Source of the DNA: Eledone cirrhosa
Lineage: Eukaryota
Length of the DNA: 48,435 bases
Direction of reading: 5' to 3'
Assembly (NCBI GenBank): GCA_964016885.1
Contig: CAXHJY010000033.1
Span: forward strand, 1-48,435
The notes below the pieces were generated by a model that was not told where the DNA came from, did not search any database, and worked only from the letters and a program-made list of their open reading frames with translations. This document shows positions 1-14,252 of the stretch, in pieces. Position 1 is the first letter of the stretch. Every line of letters starts with the position of its first letter. The position numbers and the translations under genes were made by a program.

Positions 1-358
1 TGACATGTAATCTTCTAATTATAGCCTTGTGTGGCTCATAATTCTATGATTTTACTCCATTTTAGACACTAGAAATGTTTTCAACACGCTAGCGCGTATG
101 TGCATATGTGAGTATATAAATAATAAACACCTAAGCTCAGACACACTTACAAAATTACACAGTCACAGACATATATTCTCACAAATACACATATATTCAT
201 ACAAACACACACATACATTCATATATTTACACAAACTCACACATACACATACATTCATACACAGTGTAGCAAATGAAACGCCAGCTGCTGTCTTGCTATA
301 TTTTCACCATCCCCTTCCTTCCCTTTACACACACACATATTCACACAAACACATAGAA

Positions 359-408
<50 letters not shown>

Positions 409-668
409 TTTGTGTGACGGATGGAAGTCGGTCAAATTTATGTTTAGATTATTTGCTTGTCAGTACACACATTGTTGTTTTCTCCGACCTTCTCGTATAA
501 ACTACATATTACTTTCCATTCTCGTTGTACCAATCATCAATTAAGCTATTGATGTTATTCCAGATCATAATCTTCCTTTTGTTACACATTAAAAGGTATT
601 GGGTTCGGCAAATCATGATGAAGTCTGTAAATAAAATATAGTAATATTAAATTAAAAGTCGATTAACG

Positions 669-738
<70 letters not shown>

Positions 739-827
739 AAAGTTCTATTTAAAATTGTTGGAATACAACAAGCAAATCTTTTTATAACTGATATAAAGCA
801 CTCAACAAGAATTTGGAGTAAACATAC

Positions 828-1154
828 GATATTAACAAATGGAAAACTATATTTATAAAACCATATTTATTTCCTTATACATATTTCAAGGACACCAAAT
901 TAAATTATGGTGTGCTTTCATCAGACAAAATCTAATATATATCAGTTTTATAAATAAATATTGACATAACCCTTAAAAAATGCAACCATTACAGTAATGG
1001 TTGCATTTTTTAGGGTATGTCAATATTTATTTATAAAACTGATATATATTATATTTTGTCTGATGAAAGCACACCATAATTTAATTTGGTGTCCTTGAAA
1101 TATGTATAAGGAAATAAATATGGTTTTATAAATATAGTTTCCATTTGTTAATAT

Positions 1155-1155
<1 letters not shown>
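828..1155. mobile_element. ~165-bp-arm palindrome (family F) between (TA)n tracts; inverted Penelope pseudo-LTR-like
   Basis: Near-perfect inverted repeat centred at 993 (CCATTAC-A-GTAATGG); each arm carries a hammerhead motif. Confidence 0.75.
1052..1116 (+). ncRNA. Type I hammerhead ribozyme (family F); mirror copy at ~865-930 on the minus strand
   Basis: CTGATGA 1060-1066; stem II AAG-C-ACACCA/TGGTGT-C-CTT; GAAA 1097-1100; short stem III ending ATA; stem I TATTTTGT/AGGAAATA with one mismatch. Confidence 0.7.
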
Positions 1156-1185
<30 letters not shown>

Positions 1186-1191
<6 letters not shown>

Positions 1192-1340
1192 AACACTTCA
1201 AACAATTACAGGGGATAATTTGTAGCAGGTATCTATATTCAATGTTCTAGTTCATTTTAAATATGTTACCACCTCCATAACTATGTGTATTCATACTCTT
1301 TACAAATTATCCCCTGTAATTGTTTGATGTGTTTATTTTA
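1186..1340. mobile_element. Fragment of family G with a short inverted duplication
   Basis: AAACAATTACAGGGGATAATTTGTA inverted at 1200-1224/1301-1326; homologous to 34458-34557. Confidence 0.6.
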
Positions 1341-1862
1341 CCTGTATATGTTATCGACTCTTAATTTAATGTTAATAAATGCCCGCATTTATAACTTAGA
1401 ATCTTTGCGCTTATTCCACATGTGATATGACGCATTCTTCTGATACTCTCAGACATGGCATCTTTAATTTCGTTTTGGTAGCAAATAAAATATATGAATA
1501 TAAAATAGTATTTCTCATACCCGTTGTAAACGTGGTCATTATCACTATATATACGTTTACTATTGATAAAGGTAATGTATGTTTAATGCAAATCTCAGTG
1601 TAACGTGAGAAACGTTTTCATTCATTCTCCTTTCCAGGAGTTTCCTCTATCATTGCTATTCTGCCTGTTTGTGTAAAAAATATAAGCAAAAAAAAAAAAA
1701 AAAAAAAAAACAATTGGTCTCACTATTTTTCTCTCTTCATCTTCATATCCATCAGTAGTTTGATTGGCTCATTCGTTGAACATCCGCTGAACGAAGTTCA
1801 TTTTTCTTGTGTTCTTGTGCCGAGGAAAGGAAGCGTGTGATAACTATACATATATATATATA

Positions 1863-1923
1863 TAGGAAAAGAGTCAGGACCCCAACGGCTGAGCTCCAGC
1901 CGTTTCGACAGCTAGATCCGAAC

Positions 1924-1924
<1 letters not shown>
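1863..1924 (-). mobile_element. Family A variant fragment with the 3' half of a hammerhead
   Basis: Reverse complement reads GAAACGGCTGGAGCTCAGCCGTTGGGGTCC; flanked by (TA)n. Confidence 0.6.
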
Positions 1925-1959
<35 letters not shown>

Positions 1960-2029
1960 CGACAGTCGATCGACTTTCATCAAATCGGACCGAAGAAACA
2001 ATGTCTCCATTGGTCTTTCCAATTGCTAA

Positions 2030-2173
2030 TACTATCTATCGGTCGCAACTCCAGGTAGAAGGAGCAACGTGAAATAAAGTGTCTTGCTCAAGGATATACA
2101 GCATCACCCGGTCCGGGAATCGAACTCACAACCTCACATTTGCGAATCTTAATTCTAACCCCTCAGCCACGCG
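2030..2173 (-). mobile_element. tRNA-derived SINE (second family)
   Basis: Minus strand GGCGCGTGGCTGAGGGG (A box), GTTCGATTCC (B box), CCTTGAGCAAGACACTTT; related to 40656-40880 and 44450-44625. Confidence 0.7.
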
Positions 2174-2434
<261 letters not shown>

Positions 2435-2553
2435 TTATTAATAAACGAGTTTAGATTAATGTATGCAAGATTTCAGTTCTAGCATCACTCCTTCAAGGTC
2501 AGCCTATCAACTATTCAGCCTACCCTCGTATATATATATATATATATATAATA

Positions 2554-2585
<32 letters not shown>

Positions 2586-2657
2586 TAGAATGTGAGTTTT
2601 TTTTTACAAAATGAAAAATAACCGAGGTATCCTACACGAGTGAAAGTATAAAGAAAA

Positions 2658-2907
2658 AAAGATAAAATCGAAAATGCAACTGGAGTCTTATTTTTTTTTT
2701 AAATATATATATTCATTTGATTCCTTTACCGGTTTCGCAATTCTTCTGCTTTTCAAAAGTAGAGTTGAGATGAAGGGTCTGTGAGAAAAACCACAGACCC
2801 TCTATCTCAAATCTACTTTTGAAAAGCAGAAGAACTGCGAAACCGGTAAAGGAACCAAATGAATATATATATTTAAAAAAAGACTCCAGTTGCATTTTCG
2901 ATTTCAT

Positions 2908-2911
<4 letters not shown>
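2658..2911. mobile_element. ~120-bp-arm palindrome (family B) between (TA)n tracts
   Basis: Inverted repeat around GGGTCTGTG-AGAAAAAC-CACAGACCC; second family member at 22183-22352. Confidence 0.75.
2816..2851 (+). ncRNA. Minimal hammerhead with U3:A8 variant core (family B)
   Basis: CTT-TTGAAAA-GCAG aagaa CTGC-GAAA-CCG-GTA-AAG; palindromic stem III ACCGGT. Confidence 0.6.
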
Positions 2912-2979
<68 letters not shown>

Positions 2980-4393
2980 GTATATAGATGCATGTATTCA
3001 AATAAATGAGATTGTGAAACAAATGTGATGAGGCTACATGTGAGATATTTTGAATGGCTTAAACCAATAAACAAACTGACAGAAATAGAAATTTTCCAAG
3101 TTTATTCAACATTTAAACTTATGGTTTGTGATTTGCTTCCAGAGAAAATTAAATGTGATTAATTCTTCATTCTTATTTTTATTTTAAAATAAATGTTTCA
3201 ATCTTATTGTTATACGGGATTATCCTCTTTTCTGAAATCTATACAATATGTATAATGAATTATTTAATAGTTTGCACTAATAAAGTATGATATAGCGAAA
3301 CACATTCTGTTAATTATTCATCTACACAAAATGAATTACAAAGCATATGTTGAAAATATTTATTCTTAACTGATAATTTACTTCAAAAGTAAGTTAAATT
3401 CAGTAAATTTCAAAAAAAAAGAAAAACCATTATCCCCCACCCCACTCCACCGCACAAGAAAGTGAAAATGTAAAAATTGTCTGTTCATTCGGATGTACTA
3501 AAATAGATTACACGTTTACTTGACACAATGTAAACCAGGCAGAAAAACAAACAAATGTTTGAAATATTGGTACAAAGTACAATGTATTTTGACAGCATAA
3601 TTTATCATTTTATTTTTTAATCATATTTCTAAGCAAAAAGATCGTATACTTACAATTTCTTTTATCAAAAAAGAGTAACTTTTTAAATGAATAATGAAAT
3701 AAAACGAAAGAAGTAAAACCATATTACTATGATATCTTGTCGACTTCGTCTGTATTTCTTCTTTAATTCTTTGCAGTTTTTCTTTAATCTGTTCTCTTTT
3801 AACTCTTATTTACGTATTCAGATTTTTATTTTTATTTTTATTTGGCTTTATATAATTTATTACTTCCGTCAATACATTATTTTGCTATACCACGTCGGCC
3901 AAGTCAAATAATACTTTTTTTTTTTTTCCCAGTCCAGTTAACTCATCAACAATAATAATTAAACAGATTTCATTTTTTTTAAAAAGTTGCTTCTTTACGG
4001 TTGAAATAAGAGAAATATATTTTAAACATGTTTTTCTTTTTCTCGTATCTGACATATTCAGTCACCGAATACCATGATATTTTATAAGAATTCAGTTGTA
4101 ATATGTTCTTTTTCTAAATATATATATAAATATCTATTATTTAATTTGTCAAAGCATGTTCGTTACTGTTATAATTCCTTCAATTCTGCAATTTAGCCAA
4201 AGTTTCTGTCATTTACCAACGCATTTTTTTAATGTCTTTTAATTCCAGATATCAAAGTTCCGTTCAAATTATCTTTATGGGTAATATATTCAGTGATGAA
4301 GTTGACAGTTTTTATTTAATTGAAAGAGATGTGTATTCATAGAATCTATAAAGAAATGTCTAAGATGCACAACATTAACAGAAATTTACATTA

Positions 4394-4577
4394 ATTGTTT
4401 CTACTTTTGGCACAAGGCCAGCAATTAACCCAGTGTATTACTGGTACTTTATTTTATCGACCCCGTAAGGATGAAAGGCAAAGTTAACCTCGGCGGGATT
4501 TGAACTCAGACCATAAATGTCCGTAACTCTTTGCTGCAAACATGGCGTCCGACCATCTACCGATACTGCCAATCCAT
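4394..4577 (-). mobile_element. Octopus-type tRNA-derived SINE (OR1/OR2-like, CORE-type)
   Basis: TGGCAGTATCGGTAG ... GAGTTCAAATCCCGCCGAGGTTAACTTTGCCTTTCATCCTTACGGGGTCGATAAAATAAAGTACCAGT; many copies in the window. Confidence 0.85.
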
Positions 4578-5131
4578 TAATAGGCATCAGTTAGAAGTTA
4601 CAACGGTGTCTGATCTTGACATGCTGGGCTGGTCCATATAATACTTGTTTTAAAACACTTGTAGCTAAAAGCAACAAACAGTTCAATAGCATGCTTAAAA
4701 TTTATGTATAAATTGTACACAAGTTGTTGAATGTACTTTTTCAAGATCAATCAGAAATAGATAGTATATTGACTGATGAGGTGACAAAAGAAAAATATTC
4801 AAATAGGGAGTTGATTTTAGCCCTTTAGCCTTTAAACTGGCTGTATCCAGCCTGAATTCTCGCACCTCTTTCTGTTCAAACCGGCTGTAACTTGCCGCTC
4901 GTACTTATGTTATGGTATGGTTCTCGAAATAAATAATATCAAATTCTTGCGTATTCGATATTATGTGAGATACCTATGAGATAAAGACTTTACATGAAAA
5001 TAGTTGTATATATAAAGTAATGTAAATGTTAAAGGATTAAGAGAAGTCGACTCATATTATGGCTTAACTAAAAGAAAGTATTTGATTCTGTCTACCCCCA
5101 CCCCATGGATTCTCGTTTCCCTGCGCTTTAC

Positions 5132-5313
5132 CAACGTTTCATGAGGTATTGAGGCTGCCATTAAACGACTGACTACATGGTTCACTCGATTATCTCTAAA
5201 AACGTGTGCAACTATTAAAATTATAAGAGTATTTATGATACCAACGGTCTTATTAAAAGTTGACAAATTATCTATATAGCTGTCTCTTTCTGGTAGTAAA
5301 TCAATTGTCATAC
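5132..5313 (-). CDS. Candidate internal or last coding exon of a membrane-protein gene (TM7/helix 8-like)
   Basis: Acceptor TTTTCTCAACAG; open frame GMTIDLLPERDSYIDNLSTFNKTVGIINTLIILIVAHVFRDNR...; possible donor GTAAAG at 5131, or read-through to a stop at 5057. Confidence 0.4.
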
Positions 5314-5783
5314 CTGTTGAGAAAATCCATATAGAGGGTACACTTTCATATTACAGGTATTACATTGCAGAAATGTGAGTCAAACACAACAGACCTGACT
5401 TATTATTTCCGGAAGACAGTTTACGGCAGTACGAGAGAGAGAGGGAGAGAGAAAGAAATATATATATAGAGAGAGAAGGGGGACAATTAGTACGAGAGAG
5501 GGAATAAGAAAGAAAAAAAGAAAGAGAAAAAGAGAATGAGAGAGAAAAAGAAAGAGCGGGAGCTAGAAAGAGAGTCATGGCGATATAGATAAACAGATCA
5601 TGGTAGAAACAAATGTTGATGAGAGGAAATGGAAATAGGGGTGAATAAAAATATAGAGAGAGATACTTTTGTTTTAATCTCTGTGCTTGGAATAGTCTAT
5701 ATATGTTCATTGGATTGTGCCAGTACATGTGTAGGTTTATTGGGGCGTGTCCAGGATTAAATAATGTTTTCATGTAATATATA

Positions 5784-5841
<58 letters not shown>

Positions 5842-6084
5842 CGTGTGTGTGTGTATATATAAACGCGCGTGCGTATACGGAGTGGAGGGTAATATTCATT
5901 CACAACCACACGTATATGCATCCATACCCATGCACTGAATTCATATTTCTTTCCCAAAAGTATTCCACACACACACATACACACACGTACAGAATGACAC
6001 ACACACACTCAGTCACACACCCATTGATATTATTTCGCCGAATAATATACATACATGCATAGATTCACCTTTTTCATTTCGCAA

Positions 6085-6131
6085 ACTCTCTTTGTCTCTC
6101 TCACTCTCTCTTTCTTTCTTTCTCTTTCTCT

Positions 6132-6211
<80 letters not shown>

Positions 6212-6358
6212 CACACGTACACGCACACACACATAGATTCAAAGACACACACGCGCTTACATATAAAATAAGCATGCACACATATACGTAAAAGATTTTT
6301 CACACACTAAACGACTTACTCTTTCACATACCCACACATACATCTCACTCTCACTCTC

Positions 6359-6429
<71 letters not shown>

Positions 6430-6484
6430 GTCACTCTCTCTTTGTCTCCCTCATTCTCTCTCACACACACACACACAATAAACA

Positions 6485-6560
<76 letters not shown>

Positions 6561-6744
6561 TTTGACTAAACTACTTTGATCAGAGAACGAACAAACATAC
6601 ACTTGCATACACACATACAAACGCACACATACTCAAACATACGCACCAACATTATCTCTCCCCCGCAATCACTTACCCTCTCTTTCTCCCTCTCTAATAA
6701 AAAAACACACACACACACACGCACACATACAATATATATATATA

Positions 6745-6799
<55 letters not shown>

Positions 6800-6808
6800 T
6801 ATTTAATA

Positions 6809-6841
<33 letters not shown>

Positions 6842-6937
6842 GTTTGTTTTTATATTTTTTACACGACTGTGTGTAAAATCCCCGGCATGTCTTTGTATTG
6901 TCCCCTTTCTTGTTGCGCCCTTGTGGCTAATAAAGAA

Positions 6938-7011
<74 letters not shown>

Positions 7012-7060
7012 GTATCTATCTATCTATCTATATATCTATATATATATATATATATATATA
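6085..7060. repeat. Compound (CT)n/(CA)n/(TA)n/(TATC)n microsatellite cluster
   Basis: Directly visible. Confidence 0.95.
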
Positions 7061-7549
7061 AATGTAGTATTTCCGTAGGAAAGGTAAAGGAAAAAAGAGT
7101 CCTCTATATAGGCTACAGAACTTTTTTAGTTATGTAATAAACAACATAAGATAATTATTTCATTTAACAGTGGTTTCTTGAAGGCAGATATTTATGTTTA
7201 TATTCATTGATCAGAATGTTTATATTCAATGATCAGAAGGAAATTTATTTATAAAATAGTAATATGGATTTGAAAACAGAGTATAGGATAAATGAAAGTG
7301 AGGGCAAAAATTAAGGGGAAAAAATTAATAAATAAATATCCAAATACATAAACATACACATACACAAACACACGCATATACGTAATAGTACGTAAACATA
7401 TACATTCACACATAAGTATATGTGCGTCTGCAAATACACACATATGCGTGTGATCTTTCACTCACATATGCGAAACCACATGCGTGCATTCATAGACGTA
7501 CTTAGTATTAACGTATAACTATATATACACGCACATCTCTACATACATA

Positions 7550-7990
<441 letters not shown>

Positions 7991-8067
7991 AATATATATA
8001 AAGAAAATTTCGCTCTACATGGCTGAATACAATATATGTAATCGAATATTATTATTAATATTCGAAA

Positions 8068-8255
8068 AGGCGGTGAATTGGCAGTATCGGTAGAGGGTCG
8101 GACGCAATGTTTGCAGCACAGTTACGGCCCTTTACAGACTGAGTTCAAATCCCGCCGAGGTTAACTTTGCCTTTCATCCTTACGGGGTCGATAAAATATA
8201 GTACCAGTAATGCACTGGTTATTTGCTGGCCTTGTGCCAAAAGTAGAAACAATTA
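8068..8255 (+). mobile_element. OR-like tRNA SINE
   Basis: Full-length match to other copies in the window. Confidence 0.85.
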
Positions 8256-8281
8256 TTAATTCTCGAAAAACTCAGATTATA

Positions 8282-8674
8282 TCTGTATATATATAAAAGC
8301 GAGGATGCGTGTGTGTCTGTGTACCAGTTTGCATACGTAATGCTTTTACAATTACCAACTGAATTTGACCAAATTTTCTGTGCACGTTGCACATGTCGCT
8401 AAGGTTGTCATATCACAAACATTTTCCAAATCGACCCACGTTGAGCAATAAAAAATCAATATCAAAATTATCGGTAGCAAAATTGATGTAAGGGAGAGAA
8501 CCAACTTTATTGACAATCCTTATAAAAAAAAGTGAGATAACCAGCTTTATTGACAATCCTTATAAAGAGACTGCTTATTTTGACAGGTTGGGGACAAATA
8601 ATGTTCTTTTACTCCCTAGCTGTATATTCTTAGCATAATTTCAAACCCCGAGCAATGCCGGGTTAATCTGCTAG
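8282..8674 (+). mobile_element. Non-autonomous Helitron
   Basis: 5' TC after A; subterminal hairpin CCCG-AGCAATGC-CGGG; 3' CTAG followed by T; no TSD. Confidence 0.8.
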
Positions 8675-8686
8675 TTTATTATATCC

Positions 8687-8728
<42 letters not shown>

Positions 8729-8736
8729 GTATAAAT

Positions 8737-8925
8737 AATTGTTTCTACATTTGGCACAAGGCCAGCAATTACCCAGTGTATTACTGGTACTTTATTTTAT
8801 CGACCCCGTAAAGATGAAAGGAAAAATTAAATTCGGCGGGATTTAAACTCAGATCATAAAAGGACGTAACTCTATGCTTCAAAGCATGGCGTCCGACTCT
8901 CTACCGATACTGCCAATCGACCGCC
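8737..8925 (-). mobile_element. OR-like tRNA SINE
   Basis: Full-length reverse copy. Confidence 0.85.
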
Positions 8926-8976
8926 TTTCACACACATATGTATAAATAATAAGAAGTTGACGGACCCGGTCTATTT

Positions 8977-8979
<3 letters not shown>

Positions 8980-9018
<39 letters not shown>

Positions 9019-9717
9019 GCACACACAACATGGTCTCTCACATACAAGTACAAACGTCCGAAGACCCACAAACGCACACATACCCAAACACATGCAAACC
9101 CACACACACACATACACACACACGCACATACGCGCGCAGACACATATATACACACACATACATATACACATGCATACACACTAACGCACACACACACCCA
9201 GGCACACCCACAAACGCTGACACATACACACACACAAAAACACACACACACACACACACATACACGGGGAACACACATGCATACATACTAACGCACTCAC
9301 ACACACACACATACACCCACACACACACAAACACAGACACACACACAAACACACACACACATACACACATACACACACATATGCATACACACTAACGCAC
9401 ATACACACAAGCAAACACACAGAGAGACACACACATAGAAACACGCACACACAACACAGACACGGACACACACATGCATACGCACTAGCGCACACACACA
9501 CACAAGCACACACAGACACACACACGTGCATACACACTAACGCACACACACACACAGGCACACACACACATACACACATATACACACAAACTCACACACA
9601 CACGGACACACACACATGCAAACGCACTAATGTAAACACACATACACCCAAAAGCACACTCACACACACACATAAACACACACATACACACACAAACACA
9701 CAGACAGACAGGCAGCC

Positions 9718-9806
<89 letters not shown>
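8980..9806. repeat. Degenerate (CA)n and (TA)n microsatellite
   Basis: Directly visible. Confidence 0.9.
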
Positions 9807-9811
<5 letters not shown>

Positions 9812-9969
9812 ATACTTTGGGAGGGTCATGTTGCCAATAAGAAACACACGCACCAGTTGCTTTCACTTCAATTTATTATATATTTATAAATTTATAAATT
9901 TACAAATCTACAAACCTATAAATTTCTGGTTGGTTGGTTGGTTCCACAACCAGATAGTTGTTTATATAT

Positions 9970-10014
9970 AGTCATAGTCCTTTCGTCACACACTCTGTGA
10001 CCTCTTCAGTGACT
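9970..10014 (-). ncRNA. Type I minimal hammerhead in the Penelope 3' pseudo-LTR
   Basis: AGTCA-CTGAAGA-G-GTCACA gagtg TGTGAC-GAAA-GGA-CTA-TGACT: perfect 5-bp stem I and 6-bp stem II. Confidence 0.85.
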
Positions 10015-10218
10015 GGGGATTCCTTTCTTTGTTTCTGTGCCTTTCCTTTCTTCTGTCCTACGCCATTTTGTTTCTGTGTGTGTATTGTGTGCTCAGTTTG
10101 CGCATGCGCCACATCTGGGTGTCTGTGTGTGTTTGTGTTCATTTATCTATTTGTTTATTTATTTACATGTTGTTTGTTGGTTGTTTGTTCTATGTGTGTG
10201 TGTGTTTTCATTTTGTCC

Positions 10219-10880
10219 TTAATTGTAAGTTGTGATGTTGCTGTTCCACTCATATTTTCTATTTAATTTTGGTTGTAATTCTTTTATGCTTACTGCCTCT
10301 GTAATTTGCCTAAACATTGCATCTTTTCTGTGTGTGGATTCTATTTTTATTTCTATGTTCTCTAATTTACCCTTGTGTTCTATCTTAGCATGTTGGTAGA
10401 GTACAGATGATTCTTTATTATCTTGAAGGTCTCGCCAGTGTTCATTTATCCGTTCCCCTATACTACGAGCTGTCTCACCTATGTACACTATATTTTTGTT
10501 TCTACATTGTCCTTCAGTACATCTAATGCTATACACTACATTTCTAGTTTTGCAGTTAATATGGGGGCTTATTTGACAGGTTATACATTTCTTATCTATA
10601 CATGAGGGTCTTTGGAACGGGTATGTCTTGCTAATAAGTGTTTTTACGGAGGTACCTGGTCTTTCTACTATCTTAATATTGAGTTTATGTTTATTTAGGG
10701 CCCTTCTAAATTTGTAGGCTAGTTCGCCTCTAGGGGTTGTATTGATGAACATTACACTCTGGTATTTATTGCTATCATACCATGAGTTTATTCTATTGGC
10801 CTTGTTCCTAGCTCTTTCTATTCTATTCCAAAATTTGCTCCTATACAAGGGGCAGGTCCCATTTATGTCATTATTTACCA
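10219..10880 (-). pseudogene. C-terminal part of the Penelope ORF: RT thumb, Cys-rich linker and GIY-YIG endonuclease
   Basis: PLYR..W...ER, FINTTPRGEL, C-x4-C-x2-C, NVVYSIRC...YIGETARSIGERINEH, QH, EA, PKLN; uninterrupted for ~220 aa; RT core absent. Confidence 0.9.
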
Positions 10881-10903
10881 TATATATATATATATATATA
10901 TAT

Positions 10904-12000
10904 AGAATAAGGTTAATATATATCTGAGGGTACAATGTACCCCCGGAAATATATAGTGTGTCTATGATTTAAGGTGGTTCTATGGTAATAATTTGATATA
11001 CCAGAACTTAATATCAAGATAAGCAGAACAAGTAAAATTCAACCAATTTTTCAAAATAAATCAAAATTAATATACAATTAAAATTAATCAAAATTAAAAA
11101 AATATAATATAAATATTTACCTATTCAAATGGCCCTAACTGTACAGTTTCACGTTGCAAAACATTAGATATCACGTGGATATCAGAGAATCATTTTCTTA
11201 TCCTAGGGTTAAAAACCCCAGGAACGACAAAATATATGACCTCACTCCAACTAATACAGGTCTGAAAGGTCGTGAAAGTGACCCATAAATACGTTGGTGT
11301 ATAGTGAAGGCGGGAATCGTAGACTAGCCGTCTATGATCGCTACCAAAAAAGATTTTTAGCAACTAAATAGAACGACAGGATTTTTCTCTACATACTGGA
11401 GAATATTGAATAAGGTTAATATATATCTGAGGGTACAATGTACCCCCGGAAATATATAGTGTGTCTATGATTTAAGGTGGTTCTATGGTAATAATTTGAT
11501 ATACCAGAACTTAATATCAAGATAAGCAGAACAAGTAAAATTCAACCAATTTTTCAAAATAAATCAAAATTAATATACAATTAAAATTAATCAAAATTAA
11601 AAAATATAATATAAATATTTACCTATTCAAATGTTCCTAACTGTACAGTTTCACGTTGCAAAACATTAGATATCACGTGGATATTAATGGAAAAGCAAAG
11701 ATCATCAGAGAAGCATTTTCCTATCCTAGGGTTAAAAACCCCAGGAACGACAAAATATATGACCTCACTCCAACTAATACAGGTCTGAAAGGTCGTGAAA
11801 GTGACCTATAAATACGTTGGTGTATAGTGAAGGCGGGAAATCGTAGACTAGCCGTCTATGATCGCTACCAAAAAAGATTTTTAGCAACTAAATAGAACGA
11901 CAGGATTTTTCTCTACATACTGGAGAATATTGAATAAGGTTAATATATATCAGAGGGTACAATGTACCCCCGGAAATATATAGTGTCTATGATTTAAGGT
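10904..12000. repeat. Tandem array (~2.1 units of 504 and 524 bp; family D) flanked by (TA)n
   Basis: GAATAAGGTTAATATATATC recurs at 10904, 11408 and 11932. Confidence 0.9.
11630..11717 (-). ncRNA. Type I hammerhead with long stem II (family D, unit 2)
   Basis: AATGCTTCT-CTGATGA-(TTGC..CATTA..TAATG..GCAA)-GAAAC TGTACA GTT-AGGAACATT; palindromic stem III; core deleted in unit 1. Confidence 0.7.
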
Positions 12001-12515
<515 letters not shown>

Positions 12516-12517
12516 TA

Positions 12518-12870
12518 AATGGAAAAAAACGGAATTTTATTTCTCACTCTTAGTACGGCTGATACTCAAATATAAGTATGTATACGTACATACATATATG
12601 TGTACAGACGTACAGTAGTATGTATATACATACTTACATGAACACATATATATATGTACGTATGGGTTTACCGAACATTTATTACAAAGCTCAGTTTGTT
12701 TGTAAACAAACAGACCGAATTAAGCCCTACAGTGTTCGGCAAACATCATCGCCGATTTGGTCAACACTGACAAACGGACGATGAACTAGTTTCAAGATTA
12801 TTAGCTATCGTCAGCATCGTGTACCTTCCTGTCAGATGATTGAACGTTTGAAAGTATATGAACGTTTGAA
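12518..12870 (-). mobile_element. Family C monomer with hammerhead at 12779-12819
   Basis: Reverse homologue of the 22500-24010 unit; CGATG-CTGACGA...GAAACTAGTT-CATCG. Confidence 0.75.
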
Positions 12871-12892
12871 TATATATATATAATATATACTT

Positions 12893-14232
<1,340 letters not shown>

Positions 14233-14252
14233 TACATATATATATATACATA

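Larger units (their letters stand above)
9807..10880 (-). mobile_element. 5'-truncated Penelope-like retroelement (possibly Naiad clade) inserted in (TA)n
   Basis: GIY-YIG ORF, 3' non-coding region with hammerhead, (TA)n on both sides. Confidence 0.9.

Noticed and set aside
3654-3810. Possible minus-strand exon ending in GTAAGT
   Set aside because: No polypyrimidine acceptor; low-complexity A-rich frame
8068-8160. tRNA genes
   Set aside because: A/B boxes belong to SINE heads followed by SINE body; no intact cloverleaf
10015-10218. SECIS element downstream of the Penelope ORF (some Naiads encode selenoproteins)
   Set aside because: No in-frame TGA in the retained ORF and no convincing SECIS stem-loop by eye
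10881-10935. N-terminal extension of the 238-aa ORF
   Set aside because: Read-through of (TA)n and the adjacent repeat; not part of the PLE protein
11235-11312. Twister ribozyme or SECIS in the family D stem-loop
   Set aside because: Some pairing, but the diagnostic conserved residues could not be matched
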